25,161 bases of DNA, taken from a virus. Its lineage: Duplodnaviria; Caudoviricetes. This document shows, one piece after another, positions 16,654-25,161 of the stretch. Made by a program: the position numbers and the translations under genes. The notes beneath the pieces are model-generated. The model made no database searches. It worked only from the letters and a program-made list of their open reading frames with translations, and was not told the origin of the DNA. Each line of letters begins with the position of its first letter. The first letter of the stretch is position 1. The stretch is taken from positions 1 through 25,161 of IMG/VR virus record IMGVR_UViG_3300033076_001447. The stretch is one strand, 5' to 3'.

Positions 16654-17091
16654 TCAGTTCCTATACCAAGGGTGAGTGTAAAAGTCTTCGGCCAGCATGC
16701 CGTATACCAGAAGGTCCTCGTCGTTCGGGAGCGCCTTTCGCATGAGCCCTTCGATATTGAACCCAAACTGCTCTATCGCCTTATGGGCTTTATGGTTCTT
16801 TGCAGATGAAAGGCCAGTGACCCGGGTAACGTGCAGTCCATCAAACAGGAATCTGAAGACATCATTGAACATACCTACCGTGGCCTTTGGTCTCATTTTT
16901 GAGCCGTCCATGGCGATGTTCAGGTCAACGTTCCTAGATGTAAAGTTCGTCAGTACAACGACACAAACAAAATTATTTTCATCGTCTACCGCAGATAACG
17001 CCCTAAAAAAGTCCGGAGGATCCTTCAGATTGAGCTTTTTCCTTGCCCATGCCTCTGCCTCCTCTTCTCGTGAAAACCCTATAAATTTCAT
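16654..17091 (-). CDS. GNAT-like acetyltransferase in the virion gene cluster
   Basis: F..L...RVTG.....N.KA....EQFGF..EG.MR......D..VYGML is a RimJ/RimL-type GNAT pattern. ATG 17091 overlaps the upstream stop (ATGA). Confidence 0.8.
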   Translation of the reverse strand: MKFIGFSREEEAEAWARKKLNLKDPPDFFRALSAVDDENNFVCVVVLTNFTSRNVDLNIAMDGSKMRPKATVGMFNDVFRFLFDGLHVTRVTGLSSAKNHKAHKAIEQFGFNIEGLMRKALPNDEDLLVYGMLAEDFYTHPWYRN

Positions 17092-17315
17092 GCGAGTGCT
17101 TGACAAAATCGTTCAGCCCAGTCCCGCCAATCGGTGAAATGGTAGGGCACAGGCAAATTTTCCTTCAAGGTCAAATTGTTGGAGAACCGTACCGCCCAGT
17201 TCTGCCAATCTTTCTCATCGATCAGCTTCCCGAATGACCCGTAAGGATCGAGATCCAAGGTTATCTGATCAGCCCAGTCCATGAGGCTCATACCTGTCGG
17301 TAACGTTACGATCAT
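17088..17315 (-). CDS. Small Trp-rich hypothetical virion-cluster protein (75 aa)
   Basis: ATGA-coupled on both sides; WQNWA...P.PY.F.DWRDWA. Confidence 0.75.
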   Translation of the reverse strand: MIVTLPTGMSLMDWADQITLDLDPYGSFGKLIDEKDWQNWAVRFSNNLTLKENLPVPYHFTDWRDWAERFCQALA

Positions 17316-18838
17316 CCGAGCATCGTTTTATCGCCGGCGTCGATGTGACCTATGATCTGACCCATCTGGTAGTCACCGTTGAGCGCGTTTGACTCAAAGC
17401 GTACCCGGAGCTCTCGTCGTTGCTCTTTGAGCACTACGATCTGCTCTTGCGCTTGTGTGGCTACCTCGGGAAACGTATACTGCCGGCTATACACCTCTTG
17501 CGCTCGGGCGTTCGCCCTACCTGTCACCTGCACACTCATAGGTCCTGACTGGACAAAGTCGGGCTCAATAGCGCTGATACGCATGTACTGATTCCGTCCT
17601 TGTACAAGGCTCGACAAGTCAGCTGTTTCAAAGTATGATGGAATAGGGTTGATCTCATGGCCGTCGATCTCATCGGTACCCTGCTCGTGGAGCCACACCT
17701 TATATCCTGACTCATCGGTCTGGATGCCGGTCAAAAGGGGTGACGCAAACAAGTTATTGAAAGACCCGGACCCGCGGCCTTCGTTCGGGAGTTTGGTGTC
17801 ATACCATGTGTTCTCCCTGACGTTGTAGATCACGGCGTGTGTGCATTCAGTAGCCGAACCCTTGGGGTAGCACCACCAGATCTCGCCGTAGCGTGGCACT
17901 TTAAACGCAAATACCTTTGCCCTTTGGTTCTTGTTGAGATTATCAAAGAACCAGTTCAGGTTCATTGAGTTTGGCACCTCCCTCACGACGCCGTTGAACA
18001 TCAAGAACCGGTCGACACCAGCCCAGAAGAACACGCCGTCGTAATCAACGACGGAGTTGGCTGACATGATCGAAGTGTCAGTAGCCACAGTGTCAAACTG
18101 GAACACCGTAGACCCACCGGTGAACGTCGCTCTGATGACCGCGTCGTAGGCCCAGAACACACCCGCGGGGGCCGACCCTGAGCCGGCGCGCAATGGCATG
18201 CCCTTGATGATCTTTTGGCCCCAGACCCGGGCGAGGCCCGACCCGGTGCCCGTGAGATCGGTAGGGTTACCTGCGATTGACCATCCGATGATGCCGTCCG
18301 AGCCATAGTAGAACAGGTACGGATGGAGCGACACGATGCCCCCGGTGCAGTTAGCGTTTGCCGGCAAGGTTATCTCCGTGAGCGCGCCAGTCCCTGCGAC
18401 GTCGCCGTAAAAGATCTGGCCACCAGAGCTATTACTGATGTACTTCAGGTTCGGCGCCACATGCGCGAGAATGTAGTTCTGATTGCTCGAAGAGTCGTAC
18501 TGGTAGTCGAACATCCACATGTTCTGATCGTCCGGCGACAGCCCAACGGGGGTCCTGTCGGCGACAAGCGAGCTATTACCTGATGCATCGATCGTAAATC
18601 TTTCGAGCACGCTGTTACCGCCGCTGTGGCAGTAGACGTACTGCGCCTGCGTGAAATTGGTAAACCCGCGGCTATTCTGCGTCAGATAGCTCTGAACACT
18701 CTTATACCCTGCGATTTTACGCGGTAGCCCACGCTGGAACCGAACCCATTGCCCGTCTGTGTAGAAGTCACCGTCGAACTTGGTGCCGTCTCGCTTGATA
18801 CCCGGGTTTGATCGAAGTACGACTGTGGTGATAGGCAT
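17312..18838 (-). CDS. Tail nozzle / packaged-DNA stabilization protein (P22 gp10-like)
   Basis: PGIKRDGT, W.RF..G.P.KI.G N-terminus, YGEIWWCYP, YN..EN.WY, I.PDF; beta-rich, 508 aa. Confidence 0.75.
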   Translation of the reverse strand: MPITTVVLRSNPGIKRDGTKFDGDFYTDGQWVRFQRGLPRKIAGYKSVQSYLTQNSRGFTNFTQAQYVYCHSGGNSVLERFTIDASGNSSLVADRTPVGLSPDDQNMWMFDYQYDSSSNQNYILAHVAPNLKYISNSSGGQIFYGDVAGTGALTEITLPANANCTGGIVSLHPYLFYYGSDGIIGWSIAGNPTDLTGTGSGLARVWGQKIIKGMPLRAGSGSAPAGVFWAYDAVIRATFTGGSTVFQFDTVATDTSIMSANSVVDYDGVFFWAGVDRFLMFNGVVREVPNSMNLNWFFDNLNKNQRAKVFAFKVPRYGEIWWCYPKGSATECTHAVIYNVRENTWYDTKLPNEGRGSGSFNNLFASPLLTGIQTDESGYKVWLHEQGTDEIDGHEINPIPSYFETADLSSLVQGRNQYMRISAIEPDFVQSGPMSVQVTGRANARAQEVYSRQYTFPEVATQAQEQIVVLKEQRRELRVRFESNALNGDYQMGQIIGHIDAGDKTMLG

Positions 18839-20019
18839 CAGAACGCACCTCCATCAACAGAACCCAGCGCGGTCCACGCCGCCCTCTGATTTACCGCGGT
18901 GAAGAGCGCTATGCCCGTCGAAGTGCCTCCGAGGTTAATGCGTGCCGCCGACGCGGTGGTCGCACCGGTGCCGCCTTGGCTGATCAAAATCGGAAGCGAT
19001 ATGCCCGCGGTATTGGCGTTGACGACGTCAGTACCGTCGCAGTACAGAATGACCCGCTCGCCGGCAACAATGCCGACACCTGTTCCCGCAGCCGTCTTTA
19101 CCGTCAGTACATACGACCCGGTGGTGGCGTTATCGACCCAGTACTGCTGGGCGTACGCAGGCACGATGATCTCGCGGTCACCGGTGAGCGTTCCGTTGAA
19201 TCGGTAGGACACTTTATTGAGCTCCGAGCCGCTAAGCGTGTACGTTCCCGAGCCGCTGACATCGACAACCGTGTAGCTGAACGCAAAGACCGCGGGTTGA
19301 CCGAAACCTATGGTGTACAGGTTCGATCCGTCGCACGCGATGATGGCTGACTCACCCGGATTGAAGCTGAGCGTACTGTTGCCGTCGATCAGACTGGTTC
19401 CCGGAGCATCCGCCGTGACCGCGCCTGTGCCACTGTTGCGCAGGTACAGGAACCAGTTGTTCCCTACGGCCGCAGGGTCTGGCAGCGTCAAGGTGCCGGC
19501 GCCGCCGGTCCAGTTGAAGAGCTGAGCCCTGTCGCTGACGCCGGCGACGTAATCGCTGCTGAACGTAGTGACGGGGACCGATTGGCTGAGCATGGTGCCG
19601 ACGGCCACTATACCGGTGCCAGCCAGCGCGCTGGCATTCGCCGTCGATGTGGTGGCACCGTACTGCAGGATGTTCCACCCGCCAGCCGGCGTGAGGTTAT
19701 CAGTCAGGTAGACCTGCCACAATGTGCCGGCAGCGATCGTGACCACTTGCACACCATCTGCGTCTTTGACCGTGAAAGTGTAGCTTCCTCTGTTGTTGAA
19801 CAGGATGGTATTACCTGTGCCGCTTTTGGTCGCATTCGGAAGCGTGATGGAGAACCCGTCAGCCGACGGCGTCACATCCATGATCTTGGCCGCCAGATTG
19901 ACATTCGTTGATGCCTCCTCCGGCCAACTGAGCTCGATGTTAGCCGTTAGCGTCGTCTCACTGTAACTTATTTCTGCGGGGTATATCGTTGACCCGTTGA
20001 AAACATCTATGTAGTTCAT
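18838..20019 (-). CDS. Tail-associated structural protein (393 aa)
   Basis: Three related beta modules (ITLP..., LTLP..., IIVP..., ending in CDG.N/D-like motifs); C-terminal QGGTGATTA..AR.NLG fibre motif. Confidence 0.7.
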   Translation of the reverse strand: MNYIDVFNGSTIYPAEISYSETTLTANIELSWPEEASTNVNLAAKIMDVTPSADGFSITLPNATKSGTGNTILFNNRGSYTFTVKDADGVQVVTIAAGTLWQVYLTDNLTPAGGWNILQYGATTSTANASALAGTGIVAVGTMLSQSVPVTTFSSDYVAGVSDRAQLFNWTGGAGTLTLPDPAAVGNNWFLYLRNSGTGAVTADAPGTSLIDGNSTLSFNPGESAIIACDGSNLYTIGFGQPAVFAFSYTVVDVSGSGTYTLSGSELNKVSYRFNGTLTGDREIIVPAYAQQYWVDNATTGSYVLTVKTAAGTGVGIVAGERVILYCDGTDVVNANTAGISLPILISQGGTGATTASAARINLGGTSTGIALFTAVNQRAAWTALGSVDGGAF

Positions 20020-20651
20020 TATACCTCGTCCCTGTTAGATGAGCGATCAAGAATACGCTTGAGGTCCTCACCATCGAGCGCCTGTGCGGCACGATCGTAC
20101 ATCGTCTGCCATGTCTGGATACGCTCGTCATTCTTCATGAACGGAGCAGCCTCCATAAGGACCGCGTAAAGCAGAAGGTCTGGCGCGTACTCGGTGAGCC
20201 AGTTTGATTGAGTCTCCGGGCCCAGCAGCCTTGGCTGCTCATAGTAGATCACTTCGAGCGTCTGTGCGGAACTTGGTGTCGGTGTGATGAGCCAGTGAAA
20301 GTAGTCGTACTCTGCGTAGAACTCTGGCGCCCCGGTCTCCGCATGATCAGGCCAGTAGGAGTGGCAGTACTCATACGACCGCGCGTAGATAGTGCTTCCG
20401 TCAACGGTCATGCTGACTGTTTCGCGCCACCTGTCGGGCTTCTTGTATACGCTGATATTTGGCTCAAGTGTCAGCTCTACCGCGCGGATAAAGCCCTCAA
20501 CCTTGAGTTCTCGACCGATGCGACGTTCCGCAAGGGTGATAAGTCTGGGGAGCTGTTCGTAGACGATCGAATCGCTATCGGGGGTGAACCCTCTCTCGAG
20601 ATAGCGTCGAACGTCTTCGAGCAAGCTGTTATAGGTCATGGTGTAAGACAT
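20019..20651 (-). CDS. Head-tail adaptor protein
   Basis: MTY.SL...V..YLER, I.LAE.RI.RELK, G.P.FYA, PTP, NWLT..APD.LLYA.L.EA.PFMKNDER..W. SD GGAG before ATG 20651. Confidence 0.8.
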   Translation of the reverse strand: MSYTMTYNSLLEDVRRYLERGFTPDSDSIVYEQLPRLITLAERRIGRELKVEGFIRAVELTLEPNISVYKKPDRWRETVSMTVDGSTIYARSYEYCHSYWPDHAETGAPEFYAEYDYFHWLITPTPSSAQTLEVIYYEQPRLLGPETQSNWLTEYAPDLLLYAVLMEAAPFMKNDERIQTWQTMYDRAAQALDGEDLKRILDRSSNRDEV

Positions 20652-20736
20652 CTGCACTCCAAATGGTTAAAGCAGCAGCTGATACAGCATGCACCAAACG
20701 TGAAATTAAAGATAATCCAACAGGGAAGCAAGTATT

Positions 20737-21126
20737 TTACTCGACTTTTCGGGTATACAGCCACCGGAGGCCGAACGTAGCAGCGATCACGCCGATCCAC
20801 GATACCTGAAACCACGCGGGCGCCTTGGCGAGATAGTCCCACCCGCGCACCACGTACTCTTGTACCACAGGGATAAAGCTGCCGATAACCGGGGCGGAGA
20901 GCAGCACCGTGAGGTACTCATCGCGCCACGAGGTTTGCGTCTGCTTGAGCGCCTCGATGTCATACTCGGTCGTGGCTGTCTGGTTGGCCATGTCGAGTTC
21001 GGCCTGCCGGTCCATCCGCTTCAGGTCGATTTCGAGCTGCTTCTCCTGCTTCGCCTTCTTGTTGTCGATCAAACCTTTGACGATTCCGACGCCACCAGTG
21101 ATAAGATCAAGTACGGGAAAACCCAT
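20737..21126 (-). CDS. Holin-like membrane protein (3TM holin type)
   Basis: SW.DEY..V.L..P, P.W.....IG..AA.FG.R pattern; two C-terminal TM segments; SD GGAGG; adjacent to the amidase. Confidence 0.7.
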   Translation of the reverse strand: MGFPVLDLITGGVGIVKGLIDNKKAKQEKQLEIDLKRMDRQAELDMANQTATTEYDIEALKQTQTSWRDEYLTVLLSAPVIGSFIPVVQEYVVRGWDYLAKAPAWFQVSWIGVIAATFGLRWLYTRKVE

Positions 21127-21127
21127 G

Positions 21128-21748
21128 TCAACCTCCGTAGTTTGAGTATTTTCGTGCATAAACTTTTACGGCTTCGACGTGCATATCTGCGATCGCCTGC
21201 CTTCCCGAATCAGACAGCAGCAGCGTGCAGTCCTTCAGCGTATCCATGAAGAGGTTTTCCGTCAAGGCCGCCGGACACATGGTTTTCGGGAGGATGCTGA
21301 CGTGATCGGTTTCCTTGTCACTGTCGCCGTCGGCGGTGTCCCGTCGCATCGGGAAGTTCTTCAAGTAGACCGTTTCGGCCAGTTGGTAGAAGATCTCAGC
21401 CAGGTCGTCGGATCTCGTCTTGCCGACACTGGTCAACACCTCGAAGCCGGTTCCTCCGCCGGCGTTGGCGTGGACTGAGATGAGGATGCACTGGTAGCCG
21501 TCCTTGTTGGCGGCAGCGATGATCCGGTTCGCCCTGACGATCCTTTCGGTGATGCTTACGTCGTGCAGCTCCGGTACCAACCGGGTGCTCTTGATCCCCG
21601 CTTTATTGAGTGCGAGTGAAACCCTGTTAACGACGTCTCGGTTGAACTCGTACTCAAAGAGCTGGTTCCCACCCGTCCAGACTGGTGATCTTTTGCCGGG
21701 AGTCTCTTGGCCGTGTCCATTGTCAAGAATAACATAAATAGGTCTCAT
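21128..21748 (-). CDS. Endolysin, N-acetylmuramoyl-L-alanine amidase (Amidase_3)
   Basis: ILDNGHG, E..FNR, ISVHANA, GFE, LTENLFMD Zn/catalytic motifs. Confidence 0.93.
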   Translation of the reverse strand: MRPIYVILDNGHGQETPGKRSPVWTGGNQLFEYEFNRDVVNRVSLALNKAGIKSTRLVPELHDVSITERIVRANRIIAAANKDGYQCILISVHANAGGGTGFEVLTSVGKTRSDDLAEIFYQLAETVYLKNFPMRRDTADGDSDKETDHVSILPKTMCPAALTENLFMDTLKDCTLLLSDSGRQAIADMHVEAVKVYARKYSNYGG

Positions 21749-21993
21749 ACTTCTTCAAGATCTAGTTCGATTGATTCGCTATTGTCGTTGTTGGCGTCAC
21801 GGATGGTCTTGTACGCCTGTGCGAGATACAACGCTGTCCTGCCGATGGCGATGAGTAGCCCGGCGCACGCCGCGATAGTTGCCGATGCGTCAATGCGCGC
21901 CCCGATGTTATCCGCAACGAGCACCAGCATTGAGACCATCATCACGCCACCATCGAGCATATGTCCGAATGTCCCTGTGATCCGGTAAGGCAT
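21745..21993 (-). CDS. Small membrane protein, holin/antiholin candidate
   Basis: Two hydrophobic segments and an acidic tail; ATGA overlap with the amidase. Start uncertain. Confidence 0.55.
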   Translation of the reverse strand: MPYRITGTFGHMLDGGVMMVSMLVLVADNIGARIDASATIAACAGLLIAIGRTALYLAQAYKTIRDANNDNSESIELDLEEV

Positions 21994-21998
21994 GACTG

Positions 21999-22223
21999 CT
22001 ACGGAAGCGTGTTGAGAAATTCAGCCACCTGCTCCTGCGTCATCGGGTTACCTTCGGCGTCGAGTAGCTCGACGCCGGCGTCCAGATCTTTTTTGAATCG
22101 CCGATAATCTGCGTTATCAGGGCAAAAAGGGATGGACGTGAGTGAGCCATCAACATTGGCCCTCATCGTGGCTTTACACCCGTCAGTTTCCCTCTTCAGT
22201 CCACAAAGCCTATACTGTATCAT
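21999..22223 (-). CDS. Tail fibre assembly chaperone-like protein
   Basis: IPFCPDNADYRRF matches the IP.D..N.DY..Y motif of small genes that follow fibre genes. Confidence 0.65.
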   Translation of the reverse strand: MIQYRLCGLKRETDGCKATMRANVDGSLTSIPFCPDNADYRRFKKDLDAGVELLDAEGNPMTQEQVAEFLNTLP

Positions 22224-23344
22224 GCTAACTCCGCGTCTATGATTATTTTACCGTCGCCACTCGCTTCTATGGTACCGACAGCGGACAATGTGTTCACTGT
22301 TACGCCTGACGCTACCTGAAAAAATAGCACTGCACCGGTTTCCGAAGTCCCGGTCAAAGTACCAAGGTACAACGTCACAGGCGGGTATGTCGCCGCGGCA
22401 GAAAGCCACGTATAATTTGTATTCAGCAAAGTGATCGAGGGGCTTGTACGCTTTCGCGTGTATATCAACGCTGTTTCCGGGCGATTGACAACATCTACGC
22501 TTGAAAGATACTGAGGTATACTCCCCTGATTTCCGTTTACGTACACCTCGCAGTACCACTGGCACAATGCGAGTTCGGTACCGTACGGCCTGAACTCGAA
22601 GGGTGTTGCCACGGAGCCTTTCTCAAGCTGAACGCCTGTGAGATAGAACGTCGCACCGTTAGTCGCAATCAGGTTTGTTTGACCCGTTGCACCCGTTCGC
22701 CCTACGTTTACCCATGCGCCCGGTGTGCCTACATGGTTTGACCCTGCACCAAGGCTCCAAGAAATCGAAATACCTCGCCCGGAAGTCGTATTCCACAGTC
22801 CCGATATGTCACCCGTAACGACTATTGTTTTTCGCTCCCACGTGTTGACGTTGTCTATGGTGAACGAAAACGGGTAGCTGCGATCGGCTGCATCGTTTCG
22901 TAGCGAACCGCCATACGACCCTGCTATGCTTGCCTTCACGCTAAAAGACAATGTAACTGTTTTAGCCCCCGCGGTACCCCACCTAAAATCTGCGATGTTG
23001 TAGCCCTCGATGCTCTGTCGGATAAAATAGTAATCATCTGCCGCTATCGATGAGTCCGCAGTAGTCACTGTCGCAGCTAATGACGCTGTAAAGCCGTTAT
23101 CACTCGGTACATCATTAGATTGCTGTACAGAAAACACTCCCCCACCGTTTGCAGTACCAAAGAATCGATCTACTGCAAAAAAAGCAGCCGCCGAATTAAC
23201 AGACACGCTCGCGCCCGCGTTGCGCTGATCGATCCTCATGCCGCCATTGATGATCCTGTTCCTGAACCCAGTGTACCCGCCGGTGTTCTGGGTCGTGGCA
23301 TCCCCGAACGTCAGGCCGTTCGTACCATTAATACTTACGCTCAT
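22220..23344 (-). CDS. Tail fibre / receptor-binding protein with carbohydrate-binding-like module
   Basis: FRNRIINGGMRIDQR, DRF, VTLSF, GVQLEKGSVATPFEFRPYGTELALCQ.Y, terminal DAEL. Confidence 0.8.
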   Translation of the reverse strand: MSVSINGTNGLTFGDATTQNTGGYTGFRNRIINGGMRIDQRNAGASVSVNSAAAFFAVDRFFGTANGGGVFSVQQSNDVPSDNGFTASLAATVTTADSSIAADDYYFIRQSIEGYNIADFRWGTAGAKTVTLSFSVKASIAGSYGGSLRNDAADRSYPFSFTIDNVNTWERKTIVVTGDISGLWNTTSGRGISISWSLGAGSNHVGTPGAWVNVGRTGATGQTNLIATNGATFYLTGVQLEKGSVATPFEFRPYGTELALCQWYCEVYVNGNQGSIPQYLSSVDVVNRPETALIYTRKRTSPSITLLNTNYTWLSAAATYPPVTLYLGTLTGTSETGAVLFFQVASGVTVNTLSAVGTIEASGDGKIIIDAELA

Positions 23345-23511
23345 ACTTGTGCCTCCAGTTGCTCAATCGTCGGTTCAGGGTACGTGGGGTGTTCCCATTT
23401 GGCGATATAGTCCCCGCGACCATCGCTATCGTTCTGTAACGTGATCACGGTATAGAAGTCTTCTATACAGAGTTCAGGATATAAAGCCATGATTTTATCG
23501 TATAACTGCAT
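23341..23511 (-). CDS. XkdW-like small chaperone (56 aa; not in ORF track)
   Basis: MQLYDKIMALYPEL...ITLQNDSDGRGDYIAKWEHPTYPEPTIEQL; TAATG and ATGA overlaps on either side. Confidence 0.8.
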   Translation of the reverse strand: MQLYDKIMALYPELCIEDFYTVITLQNDSDGRGDYIAKWEHPTYPEPTIEQLEAQV

Positions 23512-24032
23512 TATGCGCTCCTTGTTAGTACTGCACTAAAAGACGAATTGACGCTTCCCCCGGGTGTCGATGCTGCTATCGATTCATAACCATATACCTC
23601 TAAATAGTCCGTCGTTCCGTTCATATATACGGGAGCGCTAAGCGTGACCCCATTGAAATTCGCGTTACTTCTTTGGTTATTAATCGTTACGTACGCGGCG
23701 CCGTTTTTGTACAGCGATATAATGGAGAACAGCGCCAGAGACCCCGAAAATGTTACGGAAATATCTACCTCGTAATATCCCGCTATGTTCGGTGTAAACC
23801 TGCATAGCGAAGTATCATAGCAGCTATTCGTATCAAATCGTTCAGTATCGAAAAGTAGCTTGGTAGCTACCGCCGTCGATATGGTTTGGCCCGTTGCGTA
23901 AGCGCTAAATGCGGGGCCGTCAACGCTCAGACTTGCAGTAACTGCAGGCGCTGTCAGCGTGTAGTTGCTCGCCGTGACAGGAGCAGCAATCTCGACGCTA
24001 CCGCCGGAGGATGATTGAAGTTTGACACCCAT
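23511..24032 (-). CDS. C1q/TNF-like domain tail-associated protein
   Basis: GPAFSAY, FDTE.FDT...YD....RFTP..AGYY, LYKNG, YMNGTTDYLEVY, FSA. Confidence 0.8.
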   Translation of the reverse strand: MGVKLQSSSGGSVEIAAPVTASNYTLTAPAVTASLSVDGPAFSAYATGQTISTAVATKLLFDTERFDTNSCYDTSLCRFTPNIAGYYEVDISVTFSGSLALFSIISLYKNGAAYVTINNQRSNANFNGVTLSAPVYMNGTTDYLEVYGYESIAASTPGGSVNSSFSAVLTRSA

Positions 24033-24868
24033 TATTTTGCCTCCAGAATTTCGATTCGTGCTTTCAGTTCCTGTATGGCCGCTACCAGTTCGGGGGTGAT
24101 CTTACCGTAGTCTACACCCTGTGGCCTGATATTACCTTTGTCGTCGACAGCGTCCTTCTCACCCGAAACGGCTTGCGGGATGACTTCCTGCAGCTCATGC
24201 GCGATGAAGCCTCTGTCTACGGACCCGTCGGTCACCCAAGTAAAAGTGCACGGCTTGAGCGCTGCAATCTTTTCGAGTGCACCTACCATGGGCTCTATGT
24301 TGTCTTTCAGCCTGTAGTCGGAACTCGTGTTATACGCTGTAGCTGATCCTGTCGTGGTTATCGAACCTGCAAACCCGTTAGGGTTCCAAAATGTAATCTG
24401 ATACGCCGACGTAACGACCTGGGCGGATAGCGCTGCGGAATACTTCGTTCCGGATCCTTTAATGCTTAAGAAAGCGTTTGCATCTATATCAGATACAGAG
24501 TTGATGAGCAAATTGCCTGAAGCGTTAATGCGCGAACGTTCGGATCCGTTAACACCAAAAACCATAGGGTTGGTGCCTACGCTGGTGAGATACGACGCAC
24601 CATTCGTTGCGTTTACGTAGAACTGTGTCGATCCGTTAATCTGCAGCTCGAGTCCCGGGTACGTCCCTGCGCTAGGGTTATTTATGGCCATTCCGTTCGA
24701 CACAGTATTAACCGCGCCTGAATTCAGACCCACGTTTCCGCTTAGCCCAATGCTTAATGCGTTCGCTGGAGCCCCCGCTGCAATCGTCAGGCCGTCGCCT
24801 GAGTACCCTTCGCTGTTCGATATGCCCGGCGTCGTCACGCCGCTTGTGCCGTTGATAGTCACACTCAT
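24032..24868 (-). CDS. Tail fibre protein with C-terminal intramolecular chaperone (peptidase S74) domain
   Basis: TSSDYRLKDNI autocleavage motif, GFIAHELQEVIP.AV.G, VDY.KI.P.LV.AIQEL. Start ATG 24868 by TAATG overlap. Confidence 0.88.
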   Translation of the reverse strand: MSVTINGTSGVTTPGISNSEGYSGDGLTIAAGAPANALSIGLSGNVGLNSGAVNTVSNGMAINNPSAGTYPGLELQINGSTQFYVNATNGASYLTSVGTNPMVFGVNGSERSRINASGNLLINSVSDIDANAFLSIKGSGTKYSAALSAQVVTSAYQITFWNPNGFAGSITTTGSATAYNTSSDYRLKDNIEPMVGALEKIAALKPCTFTWVTDGSVDRGFIAHELQEVIPQAVSGEKDAVDDKGNIRPQGVDYGKITPELVAAIQELKARIEILEAK

Positions 24869-25161
24869 TACAGTACCACCCAAGTTGATCCGGAGGGCAC
24901 GGTGACCGTGACACCGGAGTTAATGGAAATAGGCCCGGTCGACATGGCGTTCGAACCGGTTGTGATCGTGTAGGACGAAGTAACTGTTTGGCCATTCTCG
25001 TAGAAAATGGCGTCAGATCCTCCACCGGTTGCACCGCCGCCGACCTGAACGACGGTACCGCTGGTGTCCAGCGCGAACAGCTTTCTGTCGGTCGTGTTGA
25101 TGGCGATCTCACCGGGGGTCAGGTTAGCGGCCAGAGGCTGCGCACCTGCGGTGGTGGTCCT
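24868..25161 (-). CDS. Short tail fibre / adaptor protein (5'-partial; not in ORF track)
   Basis: Open frame from the window end: ...LTPGEIAINTTDRKLF (Mtd-N-like fibre N-terminal motif), GGGATGGGSDAIFYEN...GPISINSGVTVTVPSGSTWVVL-stop. Confidence 0.8.
   Translation of the reverse strand, partial: RTTTAGAQPLAANLTPGEIAINTTDRKLFALDTSGTVVQVGGGATGGGSDAIFYENGQTVTSSYTITTGSNAMSTGPISINSGVTVTVPSGSTWVVL

Noticed and set aside
20636-20842. Cys-rich minus-strand ORF as a possible o-spanin lipoprotein
   Set aside because: No plausible start or SD near the hydrophobic segment, it overlaps both neighbours, and it lacks a Pro-rich mature region.
22220-25161. Diversity-generating retroelement suggested by the Mtd-N-like motif
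   Set aside because: No reverse transcriptase and no template/variable repeat pair were seen in this window.

Overview
Fragment of a tailed (podovirus-like) dsDNA phage genome with two convergent arms. The + strand (1-9601) is the early/replication arm. It carries the C-terminus of a DUF2829/Tad2-like gene, a Gp49/66-family gene, a membrane protein, a ~380-nt structured RNA cluster (one canonical tRNA-Gln(UUG) flanked by non-canonical tRNA-like elements), an EndoVII-type HNH nuclease, small ORFs, DUF6378, a family A DNA polymerase, a primase-helicase, VRR-NUC, a MazG-like gene, an AP2-like gene and an SNF2 helicase. The - strand (25161-9710) is the late arm: tail fibre/receptor-binding modules with chaperones, an amidase and holin-like genes, head-tail adaptor, tail/nozzle proteins, a GNAT-like protein and four probable ejection proteins. 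Three signals stand out: (i) a candidate ~72-nt sRNA at the arm junction whose unpaired region is complementary to the ribosome-binding regions of three early genes, (ii) tRNA mimics lacking a normal anticodon arm, and (iii) a probable anti-defence sponge gene pair just upstream of them. All family calls come from motif recognition by eye; no database search was run.
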